A stretch of DNA of 64,000 bases, taken from positions 5,499 through 69,498 of the IMG/VR virus record IMGVR_UViG_3300026116_000004; one strand, written 5' to 3'. Position 1 is the first letter of the stretch. Each line of letters opens with the position of its first letter. Source of the DNA: a virus. Below are positions 47,042 to 57,656 of the stretch, piece after piece. A program made the position numbers and the translations under genes. The notes beneath the pieces are model-generated. The model searched no databases and was not told where the DNA came from. It saw nothing but the letters and a program-made list of their open reading frames with translations.

Positions 47042-49993
47042 ATGGCTACAGAACAAGAACTCCAATTAGAGTATGAATACGCTCAGGCCAAAGCAAAAGC
47101 AGAGGCTGAACAAAATTCTGCCATGGAACAGGAGATTAATGCTAGAGGACCAATGAATGCCTCTGGTTCTCCTGATGATCGTCAGGTAATTAGCGATGAA
47201 GAAAACGCTAATAACTACCAAAGCGGTATAGAAAATATTCCTCATAACACATACCTCGAAGCTAGAGGCTTAGCAAAAGGTGTAGCTCACACAGGAGTTG
47301 GCCTTGCTAGAACTGCGCAAGCAGTCGGTAGTACCATTGGTTTTGGTTTGGGTAATGTTTACGACTACGCTGCCAATCACTCTGGAGGTTATCTTACTCC
47401 TAGAAGTGAAGAAACTATTGCTGCTGGACACCGCAATGCGGATGAAAGTCAGAAAGAAATGGCATCTTGGGATGAAGCTATTGGTGGGGCCAAAGGTACT
47501 CCTGAAAAAATCATGATGCCAATAGGCCAGATCGGTGCTAATATTGCTTTTGCTGGCGGTGCTGGTGCTGCAGTTAAGAATGCTATTGTTCCAGCTGTTG
47601 GAAAGGTGGCAGGTTATCTTGGTGGAGCACTAGCAGGTGGAGCAGTTGCTGCCTCTAGTATGCCCGATCAAGAAGGTCTTATCGTTCGTTCTGATGGTCC
47701 TGTTGGCTTCAAAATCAACCCCGATGACGACGCTGCTACCCAACAGACCAAGAAGTTTATGAACCAATCGTTGGATAACATGGCTCTTGGTATTGTTGGT
47801 GACGGTGCTTTTGCCCTTGGTAAAAAGGGCGTTGAAGTTGTTAACAACATTAGGAAAAGCATCTTTACCAATTGGAATAATCTTCCTGCCATGAAGCAAC
47901 AGGCTGCTGAAGATGTCTTAAGTGTCTATGGTCAGTTAGGTGAACATCCTACTGCTGAACAACAGAGACAAGCTGCCCAAGAAGTCGTTGATCTTATCGA
48001 TCAACATGGTGAGAAAGCCTATGACTTTGGTGAAGGTGTTGGGACTAAGACAGTCAAACAAGACACCATTAGCACTATTAACTCTGGTTTGGATGAAACC
48101 AATCCTGAACAGTTGTCTGTTAAAACCAAGATGGAAGCTTTACGTTCGTCTGCAAAGAGAGGTAACGCTCCTAAGACTGCGGTACAATTACAGGAACCAG
48201 AACGAGTTCTAAATGAAGGACTCCAAGAGGCCCAAGCTGCAAGAGGTGGTAAAGCTGCAATTGATCAAACAAGACAGGCTCTCCAAGAGAGAGCTCAAGT
48301 AGCCGCTGCTAGCGAAGATGTTCCTGCTCAAATGGCTAAAAATAATTTAGTTAAGCAATCTTCTGACTACACTGATGTCCTCAGGAACGATCCAACTTTT
48401 TCCCCTATTATTAAACAGGCGGAAGATAGTGGTATTAAACTAGACATTAACAAACTTGAGAATAGTAAGAAGAGTGAGATTGTTCAGGCAGTAAAAGATA
48501 TCCGTAGTGCAGACGCTTCGGTTAGAAATGCTGCTTACGATAAGATATCTGAAACTGGTGTACCTTATGGGCCTAAACTCTGGGGGGATGCAGTAGAAAA
48601 AGCGAAGGATTATATCCCTAGTAACATTGAAAGTCTCATTGAGAAATCAGATGGTACTTTTGGTTATTTGAATAACGAAATTCGCCCTAGACTCTCTGAA
48701 ACTATCAGTGCTGCGCGTAAAGCAGGCGATTATGAAACTGCCTCTGCTTTACAAGAGCTGAGAGATAATATCACTAAGAGTCAGATTGATTATATCAAGA
48801 AGAAGGCTGGTGGTTCTGCCACCGCTCGTTTGGTCGATGAAGCTACTGCAGAGAACATTAGATACTCTGAGAAATACAATCAAGGTATCGGTAGAGAACT
48901 CAAACAGAACGAGAAAACCTTTAGTCCTAAAACTATGCCTATTGACTTTGAAGAAAAGGGTAGGCAAATCGTAGATAATGCTATTGGTAACCCCAATAGA
49001 GATAAATCTATTGGACAACTGAAGGAAATTCTTGGTCCTGAAAAGGAAGGTTTGGTTGCTGATACTGCTTTAGTAAAAGCTACTAAAGACATTCAGGCAG
49101 GTAAAGGTGCTGACTTCGATAAGATTACTGATGATCTTCAGAAGATGGGTCATAACTTCGGTCCTGAGCAGCAAGCTAGACTTGAAGGTTTTCTAAATGA
49201 TGTCAAGAACAAAAAGATGTCTCTTGACGATTTAGAGAAAGAAATCCCTGAACTTGAAAAAGCTTCAACTATTGCTAAAGATAAGATTTTCAATGACGAT
49301 TTTCCCACTCTCTTTGAAAATGTTTCTGGCAAACAAGTTCCTAAAGGTAGAGGTTATGAAGTCTTTGAAGACGCAATGAATGCAAAACAACCTCGTGTTA
49401 TTGAGAAACTCGTTGAACAAGCATCTAAAAATCCTAGAGACCTCGAAGGTTTAAAGACTGCTTGGCTTAAGTCTGCAGAAGGAAAGATTAGTTCTAATCC
49501 TAAATCAATTGGAGAACTCTCTGAGAACTTCGTTGAGAATGGTAAGAAAATCTTTGGTGATGACTCACCAGAAGTTAAAGCTGTTACTGGTCTAAGAAAC
49601 GAAGTTGAAAAACTTCAACAGTCTCTAAATAGACCTGGAATGGAAGGACTTTCTGCTACAGAGAACCAATCGAAGTTCAGAAGCGCTATTGCATTCTTAT
49701 CTACGTTTGCTTTCGGTGTTCTTAATCCTACAGCTGCTAGAGTGAATAAAATCACTAGTAACCTAGCGGAGTCTTATAACTCTACAACTAAAGCTCATGA
49801 AGCTATCGATACTATCCTTTCGGATAATAAAGAAATGAGAGACGCTATGGTTAACTTGATTAACAAATCGAGAAACCAATTGTCTCCTGCTCAGTGGAAA
49901 CAGTTGTATGCTGCGGGTGCTCGCATTGGTCTTTACAATTTGAGATCAAGTAAGCCCTTGAACATTCAAACCGATACAGCTATTAGCAAATAA
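47042..49993 (+). CDS. Large internal virion (ejection) protein
   Basis: 983 aa, helical; last gene of the late operon. Confidence 0.7.
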   Translation: MATEQELQLEYEYAQAKAKAEAEQNSAMEQEINARGPMNASGSPDDRQVISDEENANNYQSGIENIPHNTYLEARGLAKGVAHTGVGLARTAQAVGSTIGFGLGNVYDYAANHSGGYLTPRSEETIAAGHRNADESQKEMASWDEAIGGAKGTPEKIMMPIGQIGANIAFAGGAGAAVKNAIVPAVGKVAGYLGGALAGGAVAASSMPDQEGLIVRSDGPVGFKINPDDDAATQQTKKFMNQSLDNMALGIVGDGAFALGKKGVEVVNNIRKSIFTNWNNLPAMKQQAAEDVLSVYGQLGEHPTAEQQRQAAQEVVDLIDQHGEKAYDFGEGVGTKTVKQDTISTINSGLDETNPEQLSVKTKMEALRSSAKRGNAPKTAVQLQEPERVLNEGLQEAQAARGGKAAIDQTRQALQERAQVAAASEDVPAQMAKNNLVKQSSDYTDVLRNDPTFSPIIKQAEDSGIKLDINKLENSKKSEIVQAVKDIRSADASVRNAAYDKISETGVPYGPKLWGDAVEKAKDYIPSNIESLIEKSDGTFGYLNNEIRPRLSETISAARKAGDYETASALQELRDNITKSQIDYIKKKAGGSATARLVDEATAENIRYSEKYNQGIGRELKQNEKTFSPKTMPIDFEEKGRQIVDNAIGNPNRDKSIGQLKEILGPEKEGLVADTALVKATKDIQAGKGADFDKITDDLQKMGHNFGPEQQARLEGFLNDVKNKKMSLDDLEKEIPELEKASTIAKDKIFNDDFPTLFENVSGKQVPKGRGYEVFEDAMNAKQPRVIEKLVEQASKNPRDLEGLKTAWLKSAEGKISSNPKSIGELSENFVENGKKIFGDDSPEVKAVTGLRNEVEKLQQSLNRPGMEGLSATENQSKFRSAIAFLSTFAFGVLNPTAARVNKITSNLAESYNSTTKAHEAIDTILSDNKEMRDAMVNLINKSRNQLSPAQWKQLYAAGARIGLYNLRSSKPLNIQTDTAISK

Positions 49994-50037
49994 AAAAACC
50001 CCCGGCGTCCACTTAAGGATACCGGGGGTTTTCTTTT
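49992..50037. terminator. Bidirectional intrinsic terminator at the convergence of late and replication operons
   Basis: A7-CCCCCGG...CCGGGGG-TTTTCTTTT. Confidence 0.9.
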
Positions 50038-50206
50038 ACTCTATGTGTACTACAGCTTCATCAATAAGTTTCATAATCTCTTTGAGAGCTTCTGACTTAC
50101 CAAGTATTTCATCATCGTAGTCACCATGGGTTGAAGGGTGATATGAGATATAAATTTCATTTAAAAGAACGTCATAAATACGCTCTTCTAGTTCTTCTCT
50201 AGTCAC
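50036..50206 (-). CDS. Small hypothetical protein (56 aa, below track cutoff)
   Basis: GTG start overlapping the upstream stop; MTREELEERIYD... Confidence 0.55.
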   Translation of the reverse strand: MTREELEERIYDVLLNEIYISYHPSTHGDYDDEILGKSEALKEIMKLIDEAVVHIE

Positions 50207-50502
50207 TCAACAACTCTTAGTTCTTGAGAATACTTAAAGTACTTTTCGAACTTCTCTTGTTTTGCTATTACGGCAGCTTCAGTAACAGGAAATTCAGGTA
50301 AAGGTAAGATTTTCTCTTCATGAGCTAAATTGATTAAAGCAAACATATCAGTAATTTCGTTAACGATACGTTCTCTATTAGTAAATTCAGACTTATGGTA
50401 TTTCTCGTTTAAACCAAAGATGAGTGTTTTATTGATATCTTGGATTACTTCAGCGGCTTCTTCAGCAATTTTAATGAGAATATACTGTTCGCGACTAAGC
50501 AT
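50203..50502 (-). CDS. MazG-like all-alpha NTP pyrophosphohydrolase
   Basis: AEEAAEV...EITD pattern. Confidence 0.65.
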   Translation of the reverse strand: MLSREQYILIKIAEEAAEVIQDINKTLIFGLNEKYHKSEFTNRERIVNEITDMFALINLAHEEKILPLPEFPVTEAAVIAKQEKFEKYFKYSQELRVVE

Positions 50503-50848
50503 AGTAGTCCTCACTAGCACGCCAGTTGTCTAAGATTTCCTGAGTTGCAGTCGAGTTATTACCAATGACTTCAGGGCGATCATCAATCCAGACATCCGGG
50601 TTCCAACCATGATCCACGGGGGACTTCTTGTCAACAAACCAATTGCAAAAGAAACGTTTAGCGATACCATCAGTATAAATAACAGGGATATCTGAACGGA
50701 CCTGGTTCTCTGAGAGTTTATCATCTACAGGAGAACGATACGTAACAATACGTACCTCGTGACCTTTCTTCTTAGCTAGGTCAACAACGTCATTCCAGAA
50801 ATCTCTATCTAAGTTATAACACTTGTCGTAATCAAGACCGATCTTCAA
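50495..50848 (-). CDS. HAD-superfamily phosphatase
   Basis: IGLDYD motif I, VTYR, K, WIDD motif IV. Confidence 0.75.
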   Translation of the reverse strand: MKIGLDYDKCYNLDRDFWNDVVDLAKKKGHEVRIVTYRSPVDDKLSENQVRSDIPVIYTDGIAKRFFCNWFVDKKSPVDHGWNPDVWIDDRPEVIGNNSTATQEILDNWRASEDYYA

Positions 50849-51275
50849 GTTTATTCCCTTCTGTCCAAGCCTCTACAGCGTTAGGATACTTCTCAATAAT
50901 AGCTGTGGCCTTTTCGTTTAGTTCTTTAATCCAACCATCATTCATTTTCGGGGGTCTATCATCGTTGAACTTACCAGCGATCATAGCATCACGGAGAACC
51001 ATAAGGGTTGCAATAGCTTTGACCACATGGGAGAGACCGCTATCAGGATCGATGTCTTCTCCTTCCCACCAGGCCATCATATGTCTAAATAAAGCATCAT
51101 AATAAACACTCGCAGAAATACCTGCAACTCTATAATTATGTCTGCCATACTTACGAGCCCCTTCGAGCATAGCTAATCCTACTTCCATCATTGCGGGAGA
51201 GGACACAGTGCTCATAGGGGCTTTTTTCGTTCCTACACTATCCTTAGGGTTAGTATCTTTCTTACTTGCTTCCAA
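50832..51275 (-). CDS. dATP/dGTP diphosphohydrolase (DUF5664-type)
   Basis: NPKD..G..K, GARKYG..N, YYDAL.RH..AW..GED.DPDSGL.H. Confidence 0.85.
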   Translation of the reverse strand: MEASKKDTNPKDSVGTKKAPMSTVSSPAMMEVGLAMLEGARKYGRHNYRVAGISASVYYDALFRHMMAWWEGEDIDPDSGLSHVVKAIATLMVLRDAMIAGKFNDDRPPKMNDGWIKELNEKATAIIEKYPNAVEAWTEGNKLEDRS

Positions 51276-51555
51276 GCTTCTTCAAATCCTTCTCTAGTTC
51301 TTCTGCGTAGGCTTCTAACTTTGCGAGAGTATCCATTGCATTTTGGATTGCTCTCTGATTGGACTCTACTGTTTTCTTCCAGGAGTTAATCTGATTGTTA
51401 ACCCTATCGAGGTTATTCTTGATCAACTTACGGGAAGGGGTGGTATCAACGTAGTTATTACCCAACTGCTGTGGAGGAGTATAAATAGGAACCTCTACAC
51501 GAGGCATTACTGTAGTACTCGGTACTAAATCAAAATAGTCTAAATGATTTGCCAT
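51262..51555 (-). CDS. Hypothetical coiled-coil protein
   Basis: Operon tiling. Confidence 0.6.
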   Translation of the reverse strand: MANHLDYFDLVPSTTVMPRVEVPIYTPPQQLGNNYVDTTPSRKLIKNNLDRVNNQINSWKKTVESNQRAIQNAMDTLAKLEAYAEELEKDLKKLGSK

Positions 51556-51737
51556 TAATCTAAATCTAACTCCAATTGTCTCTCTTGAACCATTACGGCT
51601 GTTCTATATTTACCATCAATCTTTACGATCTCACCTTTGATAAAATCATGTTCCATTTCTAGTTCGTAGAACGTGTCTTCCAACCAAAGGCTTGCATCCT
51701 CCAGATTGTCGAATTCTTCTAGACGAAACTCTCTCAT
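51555..51737 (-). CDS. Hypothetical protein
   Basis: AAGGA RBS before MREFR. Confidence 0.55.
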   Translation of the reverse strand: MREFRLEEFDNLEDASLWLEDTFYELEMEHDFIKGEIVKIDGKYRTAVMVQERQLELDLD

Positions 51738-51832
51738 TTTGTTTATCCTTCCAGTGAACAAAGCCAATCGGTTGTTGGAGTTCTGTTTCATAAACTGTCA
51801 TAGTTCTATCTGTAGGCCAGAAAAACTCATCA

Positions 51833-52408
51833 TCATCCCCATTGGGCTGCCATTGCTTCTGCGAACCCTTTAAAGGTTGTACTCCTGATGTTACTTCTCT
51901 CTGCTGAGGGAGGGAGGTTATACCACGTTGGGAGACTCTTGCCGGACTTCGTGACATGTCTTTCTCCTTTATCTACGATATTGGTCGGTTCTAACAACGG
52001 GAGTCCTTTCAACCAGAGTCCTGTTTTCTTAGAGAACGGATCGCCGAACATCCACGGATGTACATACTGGTCAGCTTTGCGAAACATCTTACCGAGACGT
52101 CCCACAGGGTTCTCAATAGCAACGCGATCAGCATACTCGAAGAAACTAGAAGCAAAGGTAATAGCAGGAAGGTATAAGTCTGGGCGGTTTGCATACCATC
52201 TATTTCCTGATACAGCTAGGTAAGTACACGATGGATGAGCAATGATAATATCCCAGCCACGTCCAATAACATCAGCGACATCACCAACATAGTGATTATC
52301 GCTCCCGTCAGTTGCAGGAAGAAGGTCGCACGAAAGTACTTCATGACCCCTTGCACGAAAAGCTTCCCGTACTGTTCCACTAAATTCACACGCAACAAGT
52401 ACTTTCAT
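51833..52408 (-). CDS. Putative DNA cytosine methyltransferase (short phage type)
   Basis: VLVACEFSG, SCD, AHPSCT (PC-like), IENP, KKT.LW, RS.TF.G.A.AMA.QW. Confidence 0.75.
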   Translation of the reverse strand: MKVLVACEFSGTVREAFRARGHEVLSCDLLPATDGSDNHYVGDVADVIGRGWDIIIAHPSCTYLAVSGNRWYANRPDLYLPAITFASSFFEYADRVAIENPVGRLGKMFRKADQYVHPWMFGDPFSKKTGLWLKGLPLLEPTNIVDKGERHVTKSGKSLPTWYNLPPSAERSNIRSTTFKGFAEAMAAQWG

Positions 52409-52484
52409 GAACCTCTAAACATACAAAAGATAACAACACCAATACACAGAAAGAAAACACTTACTGCAAAACAACTATAAAACA

Positions 52485-52865
52485 TTATCTAACTCCACGT
52501 GCTAATTCGTCAGCTCGCTCATTGTATTCATGACCGGCATGACCTTTAACCCATGTGAATTTAACTGACTTCTGTCTCTTAGACCAAATATCGTATAAAT
52601 CCCACAGATCATTATTAATGTTTCTTTTCCAGCCAGTAGCACATCCAATTACATATTGACTATCAGTGATAATTTCTACGTCAGTGGATATACCACGTCG
52701 ATCAAGATAAAGGAGTGCCTCTAACACCGCTGTTAGTTCCATACGATTATTAGTAGTATCTTCAGTCTTACCAAAGATGCTAATCTCTTCGTTGTCACTA
52801 ACTGTGATAATGGCACTCCATCCACCTTGCCGACGGCTACATGAACCATCGGTGTATACTCTCAC
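52485..52865 (-). CDS. rnhA: Ribonuclease HI
   Basis: [27 protein letters not shown]. Confidence 0.95.
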   Translation of the reverse strand: MRVYTDGSCSRRQGGWSAIITVSDNEEISIFGKTEDTTNNRMELTAVLEALLYLDRRGISTDVEIITDSQYVIGCATGWKRNINNDLWDLYDIWSKRQKSVKFTWVKGHAGHEYNERADELARGVR

Positions 52866-53011
52866 TTATGCTTCTTCTTTTTGTTCTTCTTACTTTTACC
52901 TGCTTCACTCATAGCAATAGCGATAGCCTGATCCTGTGGTTTACCATTGCTACGTTCAATTGCAATATTTGCAGAAATAGCCTTCTGCGAGCTACCTTTC
53001 TTCAGGGGCAA
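52862..53011 (-). CDS. Small basic phage protein (49 aa, below track cutoff)
   Basis: TTG start; [15 protein letters not shown]....[18 protein letters not shown]. Confidence 0.65.
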   Translation of the reverse strand: MPLKKGSSQKAISANIAIERSNGKPQDQAIAIAMSEAGKSKKNKKKKHK

Positions 53012-53174
53012 TACGCGGGTCTCCTTTTCTTCCATTCGTAGATGGCGTATTCATAACCATCGAAATACGTTAATGTTTTATAATCGCACTTAGTACATTT
53101 CAGTTGGTCAATGAATGGTCCGTTATCGACATACTCTGCGTGACCACCACATTCACACTTTAAGTCTTTTAATT

Positions 53175-53651
53175 TCATTCAGCGTCTACCACTTCATAAT
53201 CATGAAGTTTAAACCATTCTCCTGAATGTAAACTGTCTTTGAACTTCTCATGAAATTCTTTCTCTCTATAACCACCGTCTTCAATAAATCGAACTATACT
53301 TATGTGGTAAGGGTTAGCAGCCTTTAATTGTGAGACTCTTCGATTTAAATCGTCTGTTCTTCCTATTTTAACAAATTCATTGCAACGAATGAAATAAAGA
53401 TGTCTACCAGTCTCATGTATCATTTTAATTCTCTTCGAAGAAAGTTCTTTCGCTAGACACCCACAAGATTTAACTGAGTTAGACACTAAATGAGAAGACT
53501 TTACTTGAGTCTCATTTCCACAAGAGCAGGTACACCTCCATAAGATGTACCCACCCTTACGAGTCTTACCAACTGGCTCTACTGCTGTTAATCTTCCGAA
53601 GACTTTACCACTATGGTCTTTAGCTTTATGTGGTAATATCAACGAATTCAC
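53175..53651 (-). CDS. Putative homing endonuclease (Cys-rich N-domain + T5orf172/GIY-YIG-like domain)
   Basis: FGRLT...WRC.C.CG...SCGC; LYFI...VKIG...R...L...NP...E...H...GEWF. Confidence 0.75.
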   Translation of the reverse strand: MNSLILPHKAKDHSGKVFGRLTAVEPVGKTRKGGYILWRCTCSCGNETQVKSSHLVSNSVKSCGCLAKELSSKRIKMIHETGRHLYFIRCNEFVKIGRTDDLNRRVSQLKAANPYHISIVRFIEDGGYREKEFHEKFKDSLHSGEWFKLHDYEVVDAE

Positions 53652-55581
53652 ATGAGTCAGCTGTACAACTTAGAATCTGCATACCAGAAGTATTATCTTC
53701 TTGTTCATAATACGAGAGGTCTTCCCACCTTATCTCTTTAGGCATCTTCCCTTTCAATGCTTCATACTCTTCTTTAGTGCATTCCTGATAAGGAGCTTGT
53801 CTATAAGTGTGATTTGAATAAGGGAGAAAACTAACCCCACTGATAATATCGAAGTTCTTATAAACCCATCCACCAACTTCTGGCCATTCGTTTTCCTTGA
53901 CCGATACAGTAATGGAGGGTTTGTGTTCACACCAATTCTCCTGAATTCTCTTCCAGTACTCAAGTTGTTCTAAAGCTGACCAATCATCACGTTTGATTGA
54001 ACCTTCTGGTGATTTCATAGGAAACGAAAACACAGTGGTTGTGTTTGGTTTCATCACATCGGGTTCATGGGGGATGCCACTCTCAATCAGAAAAGTCGTG
54101 AGAGGGTCTTTGTTATCGGCTCGTACTGTACGTATATAATAAGCAGAATGTCTGCCGTGCAAACCACTGGCGCTATCCACGAGCTGCGATACAGTGCCAG
54201 AAGGCTTAACACAAGTACTAGCGGTACTGGTAGGAATGCCAATAAGAGAAGCGTATTCACTGTTGGTTGCATTTACTACATCCTTTAAAATACTCTCGCT
54301 AATTTCCCCTTTAACAAACGCAACGTTGTCAAGTTGACCCGTTAAGCTTACACCTAAGAGTCGTTCTTCTTCAGTGTTATCTGTCCAGATTTTTCTAAGG
54401 TAGGGAAAATAAGTGAGGGTACTTTGGAGCGTACCAAGGATTGCTGCAAGACGTGCTTTAGCTCGTAGAGTCTCTTCTGTATCATAGGATCGGATAACAA
54501 TCTCTGTAAGATTACAGAACTGGTATGGTCTAAGGATAATTTCACTACAGGGGTTTGTCCCAAAGTCAATATCCGATTTACGTCTTCCGTTTCGAGCTGC
54601 TTGTCGTTGACTAGCGACACGATTAAAGATACCTCGCTCGCCTGATTTACTTTCATATAATGATAACCATTCTTGAAGGAATGCTCCAACCTCTGGTTTC
54701 TCTGTGTACGTTACAGAGTTATTTGCTAACGCTCGTTGTCCTTCTGTTTCCCACCAACTACCACTCTTAGCTTTTCTCATACGATCATCGCTGAGATTAC
54801 TAAGAGAGATCATTGCACTACGGCGAACTCCTCCGACAACGACGATCTCTCCAATCTTACAGAGGATATCGTGGCACTCAAGGGAGTTAAGCTTTCGACC
54901 AGATGCATTTCGAAACTTAGAAATGACGAACTTAAACAAGTCCTCCAAAGGACCGGGACCACTAGCGCGACCTCCGAAAGTCTTGAGACGAGCGCCTGCG
55001 GGCCGAATTCTACTGATGTCCCATTTGGGAATTTCACCAGCATACAATAGTGAGACCACTTGCCGTAAGGCTTTGGCCCAACCTTCTTTAGAGTCTCTGA
55101 CAACAACTGTCGTCTCGCTCTCAAATAGTTTGCTTGGAACCTCTGGTAGCTTCTGGACGTATTGTCGTTCAACGCTAAATCCTACTCCTGTACCACACAA
55201 TAGAATAAACATTGCTTCATCAAATGACTTAACATCATCGATAGGTAAGTATGCACAATTGTAACCAGCAGTGTTGTCTCTCTCTAGTGCAGGACCTGCA
55301 GTCATCAGTGCCCTCATAGAGGGCATTACTTCTAGGTTATATATCGCATCATATAATTCACCATACAGATCGTCTCCGACAACAAATCCGTGCTTGTCGA
55401 GAACGTGTGACTGAATGAAGTCAAGGTAACGCGAGACCGTTTCGTCCCAGTTTTCACGCCGTTTTTCATCTGGTTTAAACCTTGAGTACCTGCTCTTGTA
55501 AATGAATTCTTCGTAGAATGTCGGGAAAGGCGAAGCCTTTGGCTTACTTGGAAAGGGTGAGGGTTTATTGGTCTTTGTCAT
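53626..55581 (-). CDS. nrdJ: Class II (adenosylcobalamin-dependent) ribonucleotide reductase
   Basis: PSMR, YNC, GTGVG, GGVRRSA, TNPCSE, FCNL, CVKPSGT; C-terminal C....C; no beta-subunit gene nearby. Confidence 0.92.
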   Translation of the reverse strand: MTKTNKPSPFPSKPKASPFPTFYEEFIYKSRYSRFKPDEKRRENWDETVSRYLDFIQSHVLDKHGFVVGDDLYGELYDAIYNLEVMPSMRALMTAGPALERDNTAGYNCAYLPIDDVKSFDEAMFILLCGTGVGFSVERQYVQKLPEVPSKLFESETTVVVRDSKEGWAKALRQVVSLLYAGEIPKWDISRIRPAGARLKTFGGRASGPGPLEDLFKFVISKFRNASGRKLNSLECHDILCKIGEIVVVGGVRRSAMISLSNLSDDRMRKAKSGSWWETEGQRALANNSVTYTEKPEVGAFLQEWLSLYESKSGERGIFNRVASQRQAARNGRRKSDIDFGTNPCSEIILRPYQFCNLTEIVIRSYDTEETLRAKARLAAILGTLQSTLTYFPYLRKIWTDNTEEERLLGVSLTGQLDNVAFVKGEISESILKDVVNATNSEYASLIGIPTSTASTCVKPSGTVSQLVDSASGLHGRHSAYYIRTVRADNKDPLTTFLIESGIPHEPDVMKPNTTTVFSFPMKSPEGSIKRDDWSALEQLEYWKRIQENWCEHKPSITVSVKENEWPEVGGWVYKNFDIISGVSFLPYSNHTYRQAPYQECTKEEYEALKGKMPKEIRWEDLSYYEQEDNTSGMQILSCTADSCEFVDITT

Positions 55582-55775
55582 TATTCTCCTTCATCTTCGT
55601 CTTCCATTGGATGATCATCTTGAATATCAATTAAGTCTTGTAGAGCAGCACAGAAAGCATTCCATGCAAGGTTCATATCAGGATCGTCATCGATAGGTCT
55701 TTGACCCATGTAGTGAAACATATCCTCAAAGGAACCCTCCCAGTCCATCTTCTTGAAGAACTCGTTTTTTGTCAT
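55581..55775 (-). CDS. Hypothetical protein
   Basis: Coupled at both ends. Confidence 0.6.
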   Translation of the reverse strand: MTKNEFFKKMDWEGSFEDMFHYMGQRPIDDDPDMNLAWNAFCAALQDLIDIQDDHPMEDEDEGE

Positions 55776-56071
55776 TCCTTGTTTCTCTCTTCAAGCTTAC
55801 TATAGTTGAAGTCAATCATTTCCTGGAATGTGATACCAAAGGTATTGAGTACACCTGCTACACCCCAGAAGGTATCACCAATTTCATCAATGATCTTTTC
55901 GCGATCAATCTCTTTACCTTTACGGTTTGCCTTCGTGAGCAATTCAAGGACTTCGCCCGCTTCGCTAACCATTTCCAAAATGGACTGTGCCTTCGCGTCT
56001 TTGTCATTAAACTTCTTCTTTACGTAAGCCGCATAGGTCGGTTGCCAATTCATATATTCATCAAGAGTCAA
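55772..56071 (-). CDS. MazG-like nucleotide pyrophosphohydrolase
   Basis: SEAGEV...EIGD...N..KL..R. Confidence 0.85.
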   Translation of the reverse strand: MTLDEYMNWQPTYAAYVKKKFNDKDAKAQSILEMVSEAGEVLELLTKANRKGKEIDREKIIDEIGDTFWGVAGVLNTFGITFQEMIDFNYSKLEERNKE

Positions 56072-56222
56072 TCTGGTTCTCCTGCAACATTAACTTTAAA
56101 AATGTAGTACGGACCGTCGTAACCTAATTCCTTAACATAAAAATTCTCGTGAAACTCTTCAGCTTCCTTCTTTTTAAAGAAATAGTACTTTTCACCATCT
56201 TCAGTTTCAAGTCTGAATATTG

Positions 56223-56453
56223 TCAATTGACATCCTTCTTATCTTTAACTTCAGGGGGTTCAATCTCCCACATTGTCTTAACTAGTTCAGTAGCTACAAG
56301 TTCAGCAGACTGTTCTGGATCAGGAAGAAGATCAATAGTCACCTGATAGATTTCATTCACAGTTTCAATAATGAAATGAGCTTCAAGTTTTGGCATGTGA
56401 ACCTCAAGGAGTTTATACTCCTGGGGTAAGTACTTACTAATCAAGTCTTTCAA
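56223..56453 (-). CDS. Hypothetical protein
   Basis: Operon tiling. Confidence 0.5.
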   Translation of the reverse strand: MKDLISKYLPQEYKLLEVHMPKLEAHFIIETVNEIYQVTIDLLPDPEQSAELVATELVKTMWEIEPPEVKDKKDVN

Positions 56454-56692
56454 ACTAATTCACTCTTTTTGAGAATTGCAATAGCAACTTTGCACTGTTC
56501 TATAGTTATGTCGTAGTCAAGAATAAACCCTTTTAATTCAACGATAGCGTCTTCATTTGACTTAATACTTCTAGTGTTATTCTCTTTCTGACTTTCGCAA
56601 AGTTTAATTTGTCTTTCTAGAGACTTAATTACTCTGTCAACGCCTTCCATGAGTAGTCTAACTCCTTGATATTTCCGATTGTATCCTGCCAC
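56450..56692 (-). CDS. Hypothetical coiled-coil protein
   Basis: Operon tiling; start uncertain. Confidence 0.5.
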   Translation of the reverse strand: MAGYNRKYQGVRLLMEGVDRVIKSLERQIKLCESQKENNTRSIKSNEDAIVELKGFILDYDITIEQCKVAIAILKKSELV

Positions 56693-57330
56693 ATCTTAGC
56701 AAGGTCTTGTATTTCCTTCTGAGCATGAGGATCAATACGTAGTTTATAAGCTCTAGCCCAAGCAGCTAGAGAACCCGTCGTATAATACTCGGTGTACATC
56801 GATTGAGGGAGAACCATACGAGCTTGTTCAGGGGCGACTTCGTTTTCAATCATTGTATTGTAAAGCCACTCAGCGTGGTCTAGAAATTGAAGATACAACT
56901 CCTTGACATCTTTAGTTGCAAATTCAGATCTAATCCATCCATCCTCGTATCTTTCTTTATCAATTTCCCATTGAAGTTTTAAGATGAATTCATCAGATGA
57001 TCCTTGTTTAACTGATCCTTCTGGTCGTTTACGCCAAGTGTCAGGAGTGAAGAATTCAGGGGCATCATCAACATAACGTCTGGAGACTTCATTGTAGGAA
57101 AAACCCACCATGTGTTTAAATCTCTGTCTTGCAACAAAAATGGGCACTTTTTCTCTAAGAGTGATTTGTACATGGGTGAAGGGTGTGAAATGATTGTTTC
57201 TCGCTAGAAAATTTATTAGACCTTGGTTCTGATCTTTAGTGTAATTACTGGCTTCCTTATGAAAGGAAACTCTTGCTGCGTCTGCAACACGGTCGTCAGA
57301 ACCCATGAAATCAATTAAGGTTACCTGCAA
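56629..57330 (-). CDS. thyX: Flavin-dependent thymidylate synthase
   Basis: AARVS, H.TPF, ARQRFKH...NEVSRRY, EQARMVLP, AQKEI. Confidence 0.95.
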   Translation of the reverse strand: MQVTLIDFMGSDDRVADAARVSFHKEASNYTKDQNQGLINFLARNNHFTPFTHVQITLREKVPIFVARQRFKHMVGFSYNEVSRRYVDDAPEFFTPDTWRKRPEGSVKQGSSDEFILKLQWEIDKERYEDGWIRSEFATKDVKELYLQFLDHAEWLYNTMIENEVAPEQARMVLPQSMYTEYYTTGSLAAWARAYKLRIDPHAQKEIQDLAKMWQDTIGNIKELDYSWKALTE

Positions 57331-57656
57331 ATTATAGGCTCCAAATAAGAAAAAAGTTCTTGAGCCTTCTTTAGTCTACGCTCTCCTAAATGAGGCATAA
57401 CTCTTATTAAAGTATCAAAAACTTCTTGTTGTCTTTGTATTGTTAAAATCCATGTAGGTTTTCTAGTTGGGCGGGGTGCCCTATAAGACACCCTTCCTAC
57501 ACCCAATTCTTTATGAAGTTTATTGATAATATCTTCATCAGTCATTTCACATTGGATAGAACACTGAAATGTTTTACCCTTTCGTCGTTTGAAAATACTA
57601 AAACAACCTTCACCTTCTAGAATACCAGAGGACCACTTAAAGTCCTCTTCCATCAT
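57321..57656 (-). CDS. Single-motif LAGLIDADG homing endonuclease
   Basis: WSSGILEGEGCF; MTD; G.V; PHL..R. Confidence 0.8.
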   Translation of the reverse strand: MMEEDFKWSSGILEGEGCFSIFKRRKGKTFQCSIQCEMTDEDIINKLHKELGVGRVSYRAPRPTRKPTWILTIQRQQEVFDTLIRVMPHLGERRLKKAQELFSYLEPIICR

